A stretch of DNA of 64,000 nt from an uncultured Planctomycetota bacterium (GTDB taxonomy: Bacteria > Planctomycetota > Planctomycetia > Isosphaerales > Isosphaeraceae). The stretch spans positions 96,001 to 160,000 of the forward strand of contig CAWJTV010000022.1 in assembly GCA_963845755.1 (NCBI GenBank), in the 5' to 3' direction. Of the stretch, positions 52,263-63,154 are shown piece after piece (position 1 is the first letter of the stretch; the number at the start of each line of letters is the position of its first letter). A program made the translations under genes and the position numbers. A model generated the notes under the pieces. That model was given only the letters and a program-made list of their open reading frames with translations, was not told the origin of the DNA and did no database searches.

Positions 52263-52438
52263 CGTGGGCCCCTCCTGGTTGTCGAGGGGCCAGGCGTGAA
52301 ATGCTGGCAACGCCCCTCCTATTTCGCAGTCTACGGAGGGTGCCATCGAACCGACAAGGGTGCTCCGCGCTCCTCTGGACGAATTTCTTCAGAGAAACGT
52401 CAGACGTTGATCCCTGCACGAATCCCGGCGAGACGTTC

Positions 52439-53978
52439 TCAACGCAACTCGATCGGCTCGATGCTCAGCTTGCCCATCACGCGGACCAGGGGCAGGAACG
52501 CCTCGAAGGGCGCGACGCCGTCGAGGCTGGTGTCCGAGAGCTTGATGTGGACTGCGTCGACATCCGACTGGTCCCACGTCGCGTCCAGGGCAACCCATCG
52601 ATGGTTGACGAAAACTTCATGCCACATGTGATAACCGAAGCCCTCGAGCTTGTCAACGTAGATCAGCCCGACCACGACGCGAGCGGGGATTCCCGCGGCG
52701 CGGCACATGGCCGCGGCTAGCAGCGAGTGTTCGGTGCAGTCGCCGGATAGATTCCGGGCGACTTCGGCGGCGGCGGCGAAGGCGACCTTGAAGTTCTTGT
52801 TCTTGACGTTCTGGAAGACCCATTGGTTGATCCGTGTGGCCTTCTCCCAGGGGTCGACTACGCCGCGCGTCACCTGCTGGGCCAGTCGCTGGACCCGGGC
52901 GTCATCGCTGGTCACGAGGTTGTTGGACCGGATGATATTCCGGGCCGGGCTCGTCCGCGGCGGGGACCCCTTCCAGCAGGCCCGCGCTCTTGACCTCGAG
53001 GATGGCCGATGACCGAGGCGCCCTTGATCGCCGCGGTGATCCGTCCCTTTCCCCGCATCCGGCTTGATGGTCTGGCGTGCATCGTTGGGGATGGCCGAGG
53101 CCGGCTTGGAATCCTTCAGCGTAATTCGATACGTGACGTGCCGGGTATTGTCCGCATCCGGGATCTTGTGGGCGGTCTTGATAACGCTATTCAGGATCAG
53201 GTCGAACTGGCCGGCACCGCCGGGCTCCTTCGCGGCCTCCTCGGTCGTCCGATACGCCACGATGCCGCCCAGGACATCTTGCTCCGATTTCAGGATCTGG
53301 CCATCGGTGTCGACGTAGATCCGGGCGTCATATTCGGATGCCGGCTTGCCGTTGACGCTGGTGGACTGGTCGATGCGAAGCAACGGGCGCTGGTTCCCGT
53401 CTCCCAGGATGACCGGCTCGATGCCCCGCGCGCGAAGCGTGATGTCGCAGACCTTGTTCAGCTCCGGCATGAAAATCTTCAGGGTACGCTCTTCATTCTC
53501 CTTCAGGGGCTTGTGGGCCATGCTCTGCTCGGGACCGTAAGGCCCGCGGACCTCGGGCCCCCAGGGGATCACCCGGCTCTGAGGGTCGCCGGCCCCCTCG
53601 ATGATCAGCTTCATCCTGCCACCGATCACATCACCATGAACGCGCAGGTCCAGGCCTTGGCCGGCCCTGGTGCCGCGTATCGAGCCTCAGGACCTGACCC
53701 TCGGGCGTCTCGATCGTGCCATACATCAACTTGATCACGACCGTATCCCGATCCCGCTTCAAGCGTTGCTCGATGTCGATCCGGACCCGATTGTAGGTGC
53801 GTCCGCGATCCTTGACCGGCTCGACTGACGTGTGGATATAGCCGATCTTGGCACCGCCGAGATAGACCGCATCCCACGCCGACTGCTGGGCCTGGGCGCC
53901 AGCACATCCCAGAAATGTGATGAACGCCAGAGAGAGAATCCTCGTCGCACGATTGGACCGGGAATGTCTCCGAGTCAT
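52439..53978 (-). CDS. Exported transglutaminase-like domain protein (frameshifted)
   Basis: GDCTEH, RAAGIPARVVVG, YHMWHEV and WVALDAT provide a Cys-His-Asp triad. Signal peptide present. Confidence 0.85.
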
Positions 53979-54288
53979 GGGGAAGCCCTTTCCAGACCGG
54001 TGGTTTCCAGGTAACGAGGCCGCAGTCCGCCCAGTCCGGCTGCCCCAAGGGGCGGCGACCGGTTCCTCAGAACGTCGAGATGAAAGCCGTCGGGTGCTCA
54101 TCCACACTATGAACGAAAATCGCCGGGCTCTCAAGTTCAACTGGGGATAGGAGCCCCATGGCGAAGGCGAGGCCTTGCCGGCCGACACCACCCGACGGGC
54201 CGGGATCGGCCTGGGAGACAGGCCGGAGAATGACACGTGCCGTGCCGGCGCCGACCCGGGAGAGGAGAGAGAGTTGGTCCCGGACCGA

Positions 54289-54516
54289 TCAGCCGATGGT
54301 AATGTTTTCCGCGAATCGGTCGGCCGGCAGCATTTCCAGCGCCCCGTGGAGGGCGAGCTGTTTCGCGTGCCTCGAGGTCGCCTGCCCGCTGACGACAACC
54401 TGTCCTTGAATCTCTCGAACCACCAGATTGCGAATCCGTCCGTGGGTGAGCTGGCGAACCTTCGATTCGATCCGTTCCGCCAGGCTTGGCCCGGCGTCAG
54501 GAACATCTAAAGCCAT
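54289..54516 (-). CDS. Small BON-like protein
   Basis: GRIRNLVV...VVVSGQATSRHAKQLA pattern. Confidence 0.7.
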   Translation of the reverse strand: MALDVPDAGPSLAERIESKVRQLTHGRIRNLVVREIQGQVVVSGQATSRHAKQLALHGALEMLPADRFAENITIG

Positions 54517-54756
54517 GGTAACACTCAGGAAAGGTGTGTAATTAAGCTTATTACGACGCTCGATAATCCAGGGAATCCCGTAGAATTCGCTGTTTATGCT
54601 ATCTCGTCCCCCATAAAATGCAAGCGAGTGGGCAGGCCATTCGGTAAAAAAATGCGTGAGGCATCCGCCTGGCACCCTGCTCAACCCGGCCAAGGATTCT
54701 CTGACCAGCATAGAACGGATCGAAAGCGTTGAGACCATCGAGCATTTTTGGTGCCA

Positions 54757-55773
54757 TCAATCAATTCGCGGTCGCGACAGCCGGGCCAGGAGGAGTTCCA
54801 GGACGACTCGGGGCTCCAGGAGCGTGCCGCCCTTGATGTCGAGGTCGGCTTTCAGGAGGGTTTCGGGTAGCTGATCGACCCGCCGAGGACCCAGATGCGC
54901 ATGCTGCTTCCCGGTTTTCTCGATCGCGAACGGAGGAATGCCCGCGATCCGGCACGCCTCGTCCAGGGTCAATCGCGTCGTACGAAGCCGCCCAGCATGA
55001 TAGACCTTGATCAATGAGGCACTCATGGCTGCGAGCAATGGCACCGGAAACTCGCCGGCCGCCAGCAGGTTATCGATCAGTTCCAACGTCGCACTGCCTT
55101 GCCCCGTGGTCGCCGCGTCGAGTGCCTTCCAGATGGTCTCAACCCGACCGGCTCCCACCATCCGGGCAACGTCTCCGCGCTCGATCTTCTTCGAGGAGCC
55201 GGCGTAGACGGCCAGCTTTTCCACTTCGGACACGAGGATTCCCACTTCCAGACCCGCGAGCTCGACCAGCAGGTTCGCTGCCCCTTTATCGAGATGAGCG
55301 TTGCAATGAGTCTGGGAGTACTCGATCAGCCACGCGACGAGCTTCGTGGTGTCCTTGTCGCGCACGGCCGAACATTCGATGGCCTGTCCCAGTTTCTCCG
55401 CGAGTTTGGCCAGGTTCGTGGTCGAGGTCCATTGCTTCACCTGGAGGAGCAGGATTCCCGACGCACTGGGTTTCTGGACGTAGGATTCCAGGTCTTTTCG
55501 ATGCTTGGTGACGAACGTGTCGGCGTCCTCGACGATGACCAGTCGCTTCTTGCTGAAGAACGGGAGCGTGAAGAGTTCATCCAGCACGTCCGACAGCTCG
55601 GTCTGAGGCCCCGGGAATCGGCTGATCGCCGCATCGTCGTCCGCCGCGGGAAAGACCGTCCGCACGACGCCGTTGATCGATTCGCGGATCAAATACGCGT
55701 CCGTCCCGTAGACGGCGTAAACTGGCCGGCTCGTTGGCTGACTCGGCTCGCGGAGCCAGTCTAATGCGTGCAT
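54757..55773 (-). CDS. holA: DNA polymerase III delta subunit
   Basis: YAVYGTDAYL, TLPFFSKKRLVIV, EVEKLAVY and ADLDIKGG motifs. Confidence 0.9.
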   Translation of the reverse strand: MHALDWLREPSQPTSRPVYAVYGTDAYLIRESINGVVRTVFPAADDDAAISRFPGPQTELSDVLDELFTLPFFSKKRLVIVEDADTFVTKHRKDLESYVQKPSASGILLLQVKQWTSTTNLAKLAEKLGQAIECSAVRDKDTTKLVAWLIEYSQTHCNAHLDKGAANLLVELAGLEVGILVSEVEKLAVYAGSSKKIERGDVARMVGAGRVETIWKALDAATTGQGSATLELIDNLLAAGEFPVPLLAAMSASLIKVYHAGRLRTTRLTLDEACRIAGIPPFAIEKTGKQHAHLGPRRVDQLPETLLKADLDIKGGTLLEPRVVLELLLARLSRPRID

Positions 55774-55880
55774 GAAGTACCCTCCGGAGCGATCCGCCTC
55801 CACCTTCACCGACGATTATCGCCTCCCACGAGATTCCTCTAAAGCCCACTTGACCGACGGCCGAGAATGAATACAGTTGA

Positions 55881-55910
55881 TTGAAACATCCGTTTGAAAC
55901 AGGTGTTTGG
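55881..55910. promoter_or_regulatory. Candidate TetR operator (tandem AAAC-N4-GTTT palindromes)
   Basis: AAACATCCGTTT and AAACAGGTGTTT lie just upstream of the TetR start. Confidence 0.6.
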
Positions 55911-55924
55911 AACAGTTAGAGGCG

Positions 55925-56590
55925 ATGGAAACCCAAGATACGACGAAAGACCGGTTGATCGAGGCGGCGGGTGAGGAGTTTGCCGAGAAGGGATTCGAGG
56001 TGGCCCGGGTGCGCACGATCTGCGAGCGTGCCGGGGCGAATGTCGCGGCGGTGAACTATCACTTCGGCGACAAGGAACAGCTCTACGTGCAGGTGGTGCT
56101 GGAAGCACACCGTTGCGGCATCGATGCGGACGATGAAGGTCTGAACGCGGGAGGGAGTCCGCCGGAGCAACTTCGGGAGTTCATCTATCATTTCCTCTCC
56201 CGGGTGCTGGCCATCAGTCATCCGGACAACTGGCGGCATCGGGTCTTGTTGCGGGAGTTGCTGCATCCGACCTCGGCGTCGGATGTCTTGATCCGCGAGG
56301 CGATCCGGCCCAAGTTCGAGCGTTTGTCGCAGATCATCCGGAGGTTCTGTCCGGTCGCGGACGACCGGAAGGTTCATGCGCTGTCCCTGAGTGTGATCGG
56401 GCAGTGCCTGCACTACAAGATGGCTCGGGCATGTACCGAGCGGCTGATCGGGCCCGAGGCGCTCCGGGAACTGGACCTGGATTACCTGACCGACCATATC
56501 ACATCGTTCTGCCTGGCGGCGCTGGGTTGTGTGCCTCCGCTGAACGCGGAGGGCGAAACGGTCTGGACGGGCGCGGAGTCTGCGCGCTGA
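55925..56590 (+). CDS. TetR-family regulator (CecR/YbiH-like, DUF1956 C-terminus)
   Basis: RLIEAAGEEFAEKGF..VRTICERAGANVAAVNYHFGDKEQLY and SVIGQCLHY motifs. Confidence 0.92.
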   Translation: METQDTTKDRLIEAAGEEFAEKGFEVARVRTICERAGANVAAVNYHFGDKEQLYVQVVLEAHRCGIDADDEGLNAGGSPPEQLREFIYHFLSRVLAISHPDNWRHRVLLRELLHPTSASDVLIREAIRPKFERLSQIIRRFCPVADDRKVHALSLSVIGQCLHYKMARACTERLIGPEALRELDLDYLTDHITSFCLAALGCVPPLNAEGETVWTGAESAR

Positions 56591-56609
56591 TCGGGCGAGG
56601 GGGCCGGCG

Positions 56610-57809
56610 ATGGGGTGGATTGCGCTGAAGATGCTGGTTGGCGACAAGGCCAAGTTCCTCGGCATCGTGCTGGGGCTGACGTTCTCCGCACTCTTGATCA
56701 CGCAGCAAGGGTCCATCTTCTGCGGCCTGATGCTCCGGACTTGTGGACAGGTCACGGACATCACCGGCGCCGACCTGTGGGTGATGGACCCGAGCGTGCG
56801 GTACATCGACGACGTCAAGCCGATGCTCGAAAACAGCCTGTACCGGGTCCGCGGCGTCGAGGGGATCCGCTGGGCCGTTCCCCTCTACAAGGGTCAGGCG
56901 CGGGTCAAGGTCACCCCGCGGACCTCCCGGGGCAACCAGGCGACGGTGATCGAGCAGGTCATCCTGCTGGGTCTCGATGACGCGACGTTGGTAGGGGCTC
57001 CTCCCGTTTCCAAGATCCTCGCCGGCAGCCTCCGCGACCTCCGCATCCCCGACGCGATCCTCGTCAACAGCGACCGCCTGCCGAAGCTCTACCCCGAGGA
57101 AAACTGGGGCGACCTCAAGCGGGTAGGAAAGGATTTCTACCGGAGGTTCCTCCGTCGTCAGTTGGAGATGAACGATCACCGCGCGATCATCGTCGGCGTC
57201 TGCGAGGCCACCCGGACCTTCCAGACCAATCCGGTGGTATACACGACCTATACGCGGGCCAAGAACTTCGCTCCCCAGGAGCGAAAGATCCTCTCGTACA
57301 TCCTGGCGAAGACCGAGCCCGGACTCACCTCCGACGTGGTTGCCAGCCGGATCACATCGACCACCGGCCTCGGCGCCAAGACCAGCCACCAGTTCGCCTG
57401 GATGACGATCAATTACTACCTCATGTACACAGGTATCCCGTTCAACTTCGGGATCACCGCGCTGCTGGGCTTCCTGGTCGGCACGGCGATCGCGGGGCAA
57501 ACCTTCTATAACTTCACGATCGAGAACATCAAGCAATTCGGCGCGTTGAAGGCCATGGGGATGACGAACATCCGGATCGTCGCCATGATCCTGCTCCAGG
57601 CCCTGGTCGTCGGCCTGCTGGGCTACGGGATCGGAGTCGGCCTGGCGGCCCTCTTCGGCTGGTCCATCCGGGGGAGCGAGCTGGCCTTCTTCACACCCTG
57701 GCAACTCTTGCCGATCACGGCAGGCGCAATCATCTTGATCTGCGTCCTGTCCAGCCTGCTCAGCGTGCAGCGCGTGATCCGTCTGGAGCCTGCGATCGTC
57801 TTTCGTTGA
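56610..57809 (+). CDS. ABC exporter permease (FtsX/MacB/DevC-like)
   Basis: IALKMLVGDKAKF, QFGALKAMG and LEPAIVFR motifs. Confidence 0.92.
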   Translation: MGWIALKMLVGDKAKFLGIVLGLTFSALLITQQGSIFCGLMLRTCGQVTDITGADLWVMDPSVRYIDDVKPMLENSLYRVRGVEGIRWAVPLYKGQARVKVTPRTSRGNQATVIEQVILLGLDDATLVGAPPVSKILAGSLRDLRIPDAILVNSDRLPKLYPEENWGDLKRVGKDFYRRFLRRQLEMNDHRAIIVGVCEATRTFQTNPVVYTTYTRAKNFAPQERKILSYILAKTEPGLTSDVVASRITSTTGLGAKTSHQFAWMTINYYLMYTGIPFNFGITALLGFLVGTAIAGQTFYNFTIENIKQFGALKAMGMTNIRIVAMILLQALVVGLLGYGIGVGLAALFGWSIRGSELAFFTPWQLLPITAGAIILICVLSSLLSVQRVIRLEPAIVFR

Positions 57810-57856
57810 TTCCATTCCGCAGTCCTCGGTGAATACTTGAGGCTTGTCTGGTTCCT

Positions 57857-57917
57857 GTAGAGTGGGTGAAACCCACCGGTATCGGGCCGTTTCTCCGGTG
57901 GGTTTCACCCACTCTGC
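57857..57917. repeat. REP-like palindromic element
   Basis: GTAGAGTGGGTGAAACCCACC...GGTGGGTTTCACCCACTCTGC, same family as 26024-26078. Confidence 0.8.
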
Positions 57918-57942
57918 ATGTAATCGTTCCAGGAGTGTTCTG

Positions 57943-58709
57943 ATGAAGGCCGCGCCTCCGGTGGCGACAGTCGATGACGTGATGCAAAGCAGAGACTCGG
58001 TTTCGTCCCCGACGGTCGCGGTACGGGTTTGCGGGCTCGCCAAGCATTTCGGCAGTGGCGAACAGCGGGTCCATGCGCTGAGAGGCCTGGATTGGGACGT
58101 GCACACCGGTCAGATGACGCTGATCGTCGGCCCCTCGGGCTGCGGCAAGACGACGCTCCTGTCGGTCATCGCCGGGATCCTCGACGGCGACGCGGGCGAT
58201 GTCGAGGTCTTCGGCCAATCGCTCACGGCGATGAGCGACCGGGTGAGGACTCGATTCCGAGCCCGGAATATCGGGTTTGTGTTCCAGCAATACAACCTGC
58301 TGCCGGCCTTGACCGCCGCCGAGAACGCAGCGATCCCGCTGGTGATCGCCGGCTGGTCGCGGGACCGGGCCGTCCGCCGCGCCGGCGAGGTCCTGGATTC
58401 CCTGGGCATGGGGAAGAAACTCGGCAGTCTCCCGGGCCAGCTCTCGGGCGGCCAGATGCAGCGGGTGGCCATCGCGCGGGCCCTGGTGCACGAGCCGCGA
58501 CTCCTGGTCTGCGACGAGCCGACGGCCGCTCTCGACCACGAGACGGGCCTCACGGTGATGCAGCTACTCTGCCGGGCGGCCGTCCGGCCCGACCGGGCCG
58601 TCGTCGTGGTGACGCACGACAACCGGGTTTTCCAGTTCGGCGATCGGATCGCCGGATGGACGACGGCCGGATCGTCGCCGTCGAGGAACAAGCCATCGCG
58701 GCGGCATAG
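57943..58709 (+). CDS. ABC exporter ATP-binding subunit (frameshift ~58653)
   Basis: GPSGCGKTT, LSGGQMQRVAIARAL, CDEPT and VTHD motifs. Confidence 0.92.
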
Positions 58710-58772
58710 CCGGCCGGCCCCGGCCCCGATTTCCAGGTCCACTCACACTCTCCGTTCGGAGATCGATCCGTC

Positions 58773-59936
58773 ATGGTCACGAAGTACGTCTTGCCGGTCC
58801 TGGCCGTGGCCGGGGTGGTCTTCTCGGTCTACACGGTCATCCAGGCTCAGCAGGTGCCACCGCCGGCCCGGCCGATCGTCGAGCCACCGACCCGGCCCGA
58901 CCGCACGAGGATGATCGCCGGCTCCGGTCTGGTTGAGGCACGTCGGGAGAACATCCCGATCGGCGTGAACGTTCCGGGTGTGGTCACCGAGGTCTTCGTC
59001 AAGAAGGGGGAGAAGGTCAAATCCGGCGCTCCCCTCTTCCGGACCGACGACCGCGACTTCAAGGCCCAACTGGAAGTGCGGATGGCGGAGCTGGTCTCCG
59101 CTCGGGCGCAGCTTCACAAGCTGGCCTCCGCGCCCCGCCCCGAGGATATCCCGCCGGCCCGCGCGTCGGCCGAGGAGGCGGAAGCCCGGATGAATGATGC
59201 CGAGGCCGCCATGGCCCGCACCGAGCGGCTCTTCAAGAGGGATGCGATCCCCGCCAGCGATTTCGACAAGGATCGCTATGCGTTTCTCGCCGCCAAGGCG
59301 AGCTATGCCAGGGCCAAGGCCGAGCTGGAACGCGTCCTGGCCGGCACCTGGAAGGAGGATATCGAGGTGTCCAGGGCCGCCGTCCGGCTCGCCCAGAGCC
59401 AGGTTGACTCCATCAAGATCAGCCTCGAGCGGCTGATCGTCCGCGCCCCGATGGATGGGGAGATCCTCCAGCTCAACATCCGGCTCGGTCAATATGCGGC
59501 CTTCGCCTGGAAGGAACCGATGATCGTGCTGGGCGATATCCACCGGCTCCACGCCCGGGTCGACATCGATGAGAACGACCTCCCGTATTTCTCGCGGGGA
59601 GCCGAAGCAATTGCGACGCTCAAGGGACGTCCTCAGGTCCGCTTCCCGCTCAAATTCGTCTACGTGGAACCCTACGTGATCCCCAAGCAGAGCCTGACCG
59701 GTTATAACTCGGAACGGGTTGACACGCGCGTCCTCCAGGTCATCTACGAGCTCCCTGAGGACCGTTCCGTGGACGTCTACGTCGGCCAGCAGATGGATGT
59801 CTATCTCAAGGCCGCCTCGGTTGATCACGCCGGCCACCTCGAACTCGGTGGGTCGGAGAGCCCACTTCCTTTCGAGGAAGCCGAGCGGCGGGAGGTCGTC
59901 CGGGGAGGGCGGGCGGAAAACGAGCCGCTACGCTGA
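58773..59936 (+). CDS. HlyD/MFP periplasmic adaptor subunit
   Basis: TM, biotinyl-lipoyl halves, coiled hairpin, VRAPMDG and ERVDTRVLQVIY motifs. Confidence 0.92.
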   Translation: MVTKYVLPVLAVAGVVFSVYTVIQAQQVPPPARPIVEPPTRPDRTRMIAGSGLVEARRENIPIGVNVPGVVTEVFVKKGEKVKSGAPLFRTDDRDFKAQLEVRMAELVSARAQLHKLASAPRPEDIPPARASAEEAEARMNDAEAAMARTERLFKRDAIPASDFDKDRYAFLAAKASYARAKAELERVLAGTWKEDIEVSRAAVRLAQSQVDSIKISLERLIVRAPMDGEILQLNIRLGQYAAFAWKEPMIVLGDIHRLHARVDIDENDLPYFSRGAEAIATLKGRPQVRFPLKFVYVEPYVIPKQSLTGYNSERVDTRVLQVIYELPEDRSVDVYVGQQMDVYLKAASVDHAGHLELGGSESPLPFEEAERREVVRGGRAENEPLR

Positions 59937-60143
59937 ATCTCGTCGGAGGCTGGAACCGTTTTGTCGAGCATCTGTGCCCTCGTAGAGAGGATCGAACCCC
60001 GCGACGCGGCGTGAGGCCCACTGTGTCCCCCGGCGAATCCGGTGGACCTCGCCGCGAGGAATCGCGGCTCGACCCACCTTACGACCAGACCACGCCCTTC
60101 TCGGACACCTGTTGAGGTATTCGACGCAGAAAGGACCCAAACC

Positions 60144-61865
60144 ATGGCCAGGAATCACGTTCGGGCGAGGTCTTTGATCGGGACCCTTGCCACATACGGG
60201 CTCCTCGGCATCGCGGTGGTTGGCTGGCTCGCGATGTCGGCGTTTGCGGAGGATCCTCCGCGGTTCGTCAACCTCTCGCTGCTCGTGTCGGCCGAGTACC
60301 CGTGCACCTGGCCGACGTTTCCGCGGTTCCAGCTCAATGCCGAGGAGCGCATCGGCTCGCTCAGCCCGTATCACAGCGACATCGTGATCATCGACGGGAA
60401 CACGGGCACGCAGCTCGACGTGCCGCCGCACTCGGTCACGCCGCCCGATTCGGGACTTGCCAACGCCGGCTCGTTCGGCCGGTCCTACACGGACGTCGTC
60501 CCCGCCTGGCAGTTCGGCGGCGAGGCGTGCGTCATCGACTGCCGCGAAGTGGTCGAGTCGGCGGCGCCGGGCCATAGCCCTTTGATCGGCAAGGAGCGCG
60601 TCATCGCCTGGGAGAAAGCGAATCGGCCGCTTGGGCCGGGCGATGTGGTCCTGTTCGCCAGCGGCTACAGCGACCGGTTCTATCGACCGATGCCGGAGGG
60701 TCGCCGCTACGGCGCCGACCCGCTCGAAGGCAAGACCCCGGCCTGGCCGGGACCCGATCCGGAGTGCATGGAATACCTCGCCAGCCGCAAGCTCATGACT
60801 CTGGGCATCGACAGCACCAGCATGGGGCCGATCCCTGACCTCGCCGAGCCGACCCATTTCGCCGGTCTCAAGCACGGCATGATCTGGGCCGAGAGTACCA
60901 CCGGACTCGGCCAGCTCCCGACCACAGGCGCGTTCTATTGCATGCTCGGCCCGAAGTACGCGGGTGGGATTTACAGCGAGCTGCGCGCGTTCGCGGTCGT
61001 CGGCGACCCGCTCGCCCGCCGGTTGATCGACTCGGCCCGCAAACGGTACGTCGTCGATCTCTCGGTCGTGCTGGCCGAGGAATTACCTGTCTCCTGGCCC
61101 GGCCGCGGCGTAGGCTACCATCGCCAGCTTTTCACCACGATCCGATGGGGGATGAACCCGAACACGCGATCGCCCTTCGAGATGCACATGCTCGATGGCC
61201 AGGCCGGCACGCATCTGGTCCCGCCCGCCTATAGTCTGCCCTCCGCGGGCTTTGATAACGCATCCTACGCCCCCGACGTGAAGCGATGGCTGGCCGAGTA
61301 CGAGGCGAGATACGGCCCGCGCGGGATCAGCGACATGACGACCGACAAGGTCCCGATTGCGCAGACCTGCGGCCCGGCGCGGGTGATCGACGTCGCTCCG
61401 CTGCTCGGCACGACCGACAAAGCCACATGGCCGGCCTCGCCGGAGATCACCCTCGACTTGATCCGTCGCGACGAGGTCCAGTACGGCGAGCTGCACGCGG
61501 GCGAGATCGTCATCTTCCGGAGCGGTTGGAGCGATCGCACCTTCAAGCCGCTCCCCGCCGGCAGGGCCTGCGTGGACGACCCGATCAACGGTCGCAGTGA
61601 AGGCTGGCCGGCGCCGGGTCCCGAGGCGATCGTCTATATGGCGAAGAAAGGGATCCGTTGCGTCGCCACCGACGCACCGACCCTCGGCGGCGTCGAGCCC
61701 CGGCGCGCACTCATGACCTACTGGGTACTCGGCAGCCGCGGAATGGTGGGCGTCGAATACTTGACCAACGTCGCCCGAATGCCGCAAGGCGCGTACTTCC
61801 TCTTCGCGGCGGTGAAGCTCCACGGCGGTCACGGCGGCCATGGCCGAGCCATCGCGCTATTCTGA
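60144..61865 (+). CDS. Exported tandem cyclase (kynurenine formamidase-like) family protein
   Basis: Two domains each with (V)DLS, GTxL, GxAxVID and G(D/E)xVxFxSG motifs. Signal peptide present. Confidence 0.8.
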   Translation: MARNHVRARSLIGTLATYGLLGIAVVGWLAMSAFAEDPPRFVNLSLLVSAEYPCTWPTFPRFQLNAEERIGSLSPYHSDIVIIDGNTGTQLDVPPHSVTPPDSGLANAGSFGRSYTDVVPAWQFGGEACVIDCREVVESAAPGHSPLIGKERVIAWEKANRPLGPGDVVLFASGYSDRFYRPMPEGRRYGADPLEGKTPAWPGPDPECMEYLASRKLMTLGIDSTSMGPIPDLAEPTHFAGLKHGMIWAESTTGLGQLPTTGAFYCMLGPKYAGGIYSELRAFAVVGDPLARRLIDSARKRYVVDLSVVLAEELPVSWPGRGVGYHRQLFTTIRWGMNPNTRSPFEMHMLDGQAGTHLVPPAYSLPSAGFDNASYAPDVKRWLAEYEARYGPRGISDMTTDKVPIAQTCGPARVIDVAPLLGTTDKATWPASPEITLDLIRRDEVQYGELHAGEIVIFRSGWSDRTFKPLPAGRACVDDPINGRSEGWPAPGPEAIVYMAKKGIRCVATDAPTLGGVEPRRALMTYWVLGSRGMVGVEYLTNVARMPQGAYFLFAAVKLHGGHGGHGRAIALF

Positions 61866-61888
61866 AAGGGGTCCAGGTCTGCCGCGTC

Positions 61889-62368
61889 TCACCATCCTCG
61901 GAAAGCAGGCGGGCGGTTGTACGCCGAGCTATAGTAGCGGTTCGAGACTCGGGGGACCCGGCCGAGGAGCCTCGTCTCCATCATGTAGCTCTGGGCTCCC
62001 AGGGGGGTCATGCCGACTCCAAAGAGCGGGTTCCCGTAACCCGTCCCATAGAAACCAGCGTATCCCGGCGCAAATCCTATCCCAGGATAGGGATACCCGT
62101 AGCCGTAGCCGTAGCCGTAGCCCATCCCCGGATAGCCATAGCCCATCCCCGGATAGCCATACCCGTAGCCGTAACCGCCAAAACCATAGGGCGCGTAGCC
62201 GTAGCCCATGAAACCAGGATAACCATAGCCATAGCCCCCCCAGCCTGCGGCCGGGTAGCCCATGCCGAATCCCATCATCTGGGCGTCGGCCCTCCCCGAA
62301 GACATCAGCCCGATCACCAGCGCCAGGGACCACCACAGACGCTGGTGACGCTTCCACAGACGTGCCAT
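61889..62368 (-). CDS. Secreted Gly/Tyr-rich low-complexity protein
   Basis: RBS GGAGG, signal ending ADA, GYGYGYPG repeats. Confidence 0.75.
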   Translation of the reverse strand: MARLWKRHQRLWWSLALVIGLMSSGRADAQMMGFGMGYPAAGWGGYGYGYPGFMGYGYAPYGFGGYGYGYGYPGMGYGYPGMGYGYGYGYGYPYPGIGFAPGYAGFYGTGYGNPLFGVGMTPLGAQSYMMETRLLGRVPRVSNRYYSSAYNRPPAFRGW

Positions 62369-62643
62369 CGCAATCCTCCTTCGGGTTGGGACGGCCGGTG
62401 TCTCATTCACCCGAGAGTTCGACCGGTCCGCCTATTCTCATCATAGGGGTTGAACAGGCTTTCCCCAAAGAGCCACGCCGGTGGAGACGTTGACATTCCG
62501 CCGACATGACGGATGATTCGTCCGGGCAGGATTCGCGCGGAATATGCACTTCCCAGTACGAAAGGCTGCGACTGCGCCGCGCAGAAACGATCGCGGCTCG
62601 TGTCGCGGACAATGTCTCATGGCCAAGCCATTCGAGGAATCAC

Positions 62644-62973
62644 ATGACCACCAGAACTCTGATGAAGAATGCCGCCGCCCTGGCCTTCCTGACCCTTGCC
62701 GCAGGAGTCGCCGGTTGCAACGGGGACAACGAGAATCAGCAGTCAGCCTCCCAGGTCGCGAAGAACGCCCTCAATATCAAAGGATCAAGTAGCTCTGAGC
62801 GGACCGTGGAGACCCAGAGCGATGTCGATGTGGTCCGGCAGACAACCGTCGTCGACCGGAAGACTGGAGAGGTGATCTCGACCGAGAAAGAGGTCACACC
62901 GGTCACGGTCAAGAAGACCAAGGAGGTCAAGACGGACGTCCAGACGGGGAAGACGACCAAGGCGAATCCGTGA
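62644..62973 (+). CDS. Small lipoprotein
   Basis: Lipobox VAGC after a hydrophobic stretch. Confidence 0.75.
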   Translation: MTTRTLMKNAAALAFLTLAAGVAGCNGDNENQQSASQVAKNALNIKGSSSSERTVETQSDVDVVRQTTVVDRKTGEVISTEKEVTPVTVKKTKEVKTDVQTGKTTKANP

Positions 62974-63154
62974 TTGGCTGCGGACGGACTTGTACCCGAG
63001 AGACGTTAGTTATTGCTGGCTCGGCTCGACCCCGTAATCGGCCAAGAAGCAGGATTGCGGTGAACACTCTCAAGCAGATACGGTATAATCTATGAGAAGT
63101 AGAGGGCTTCCCTAAGTTCGTCATGCAGGTGGTGAGTGCAAGCAGGGCTCGATT

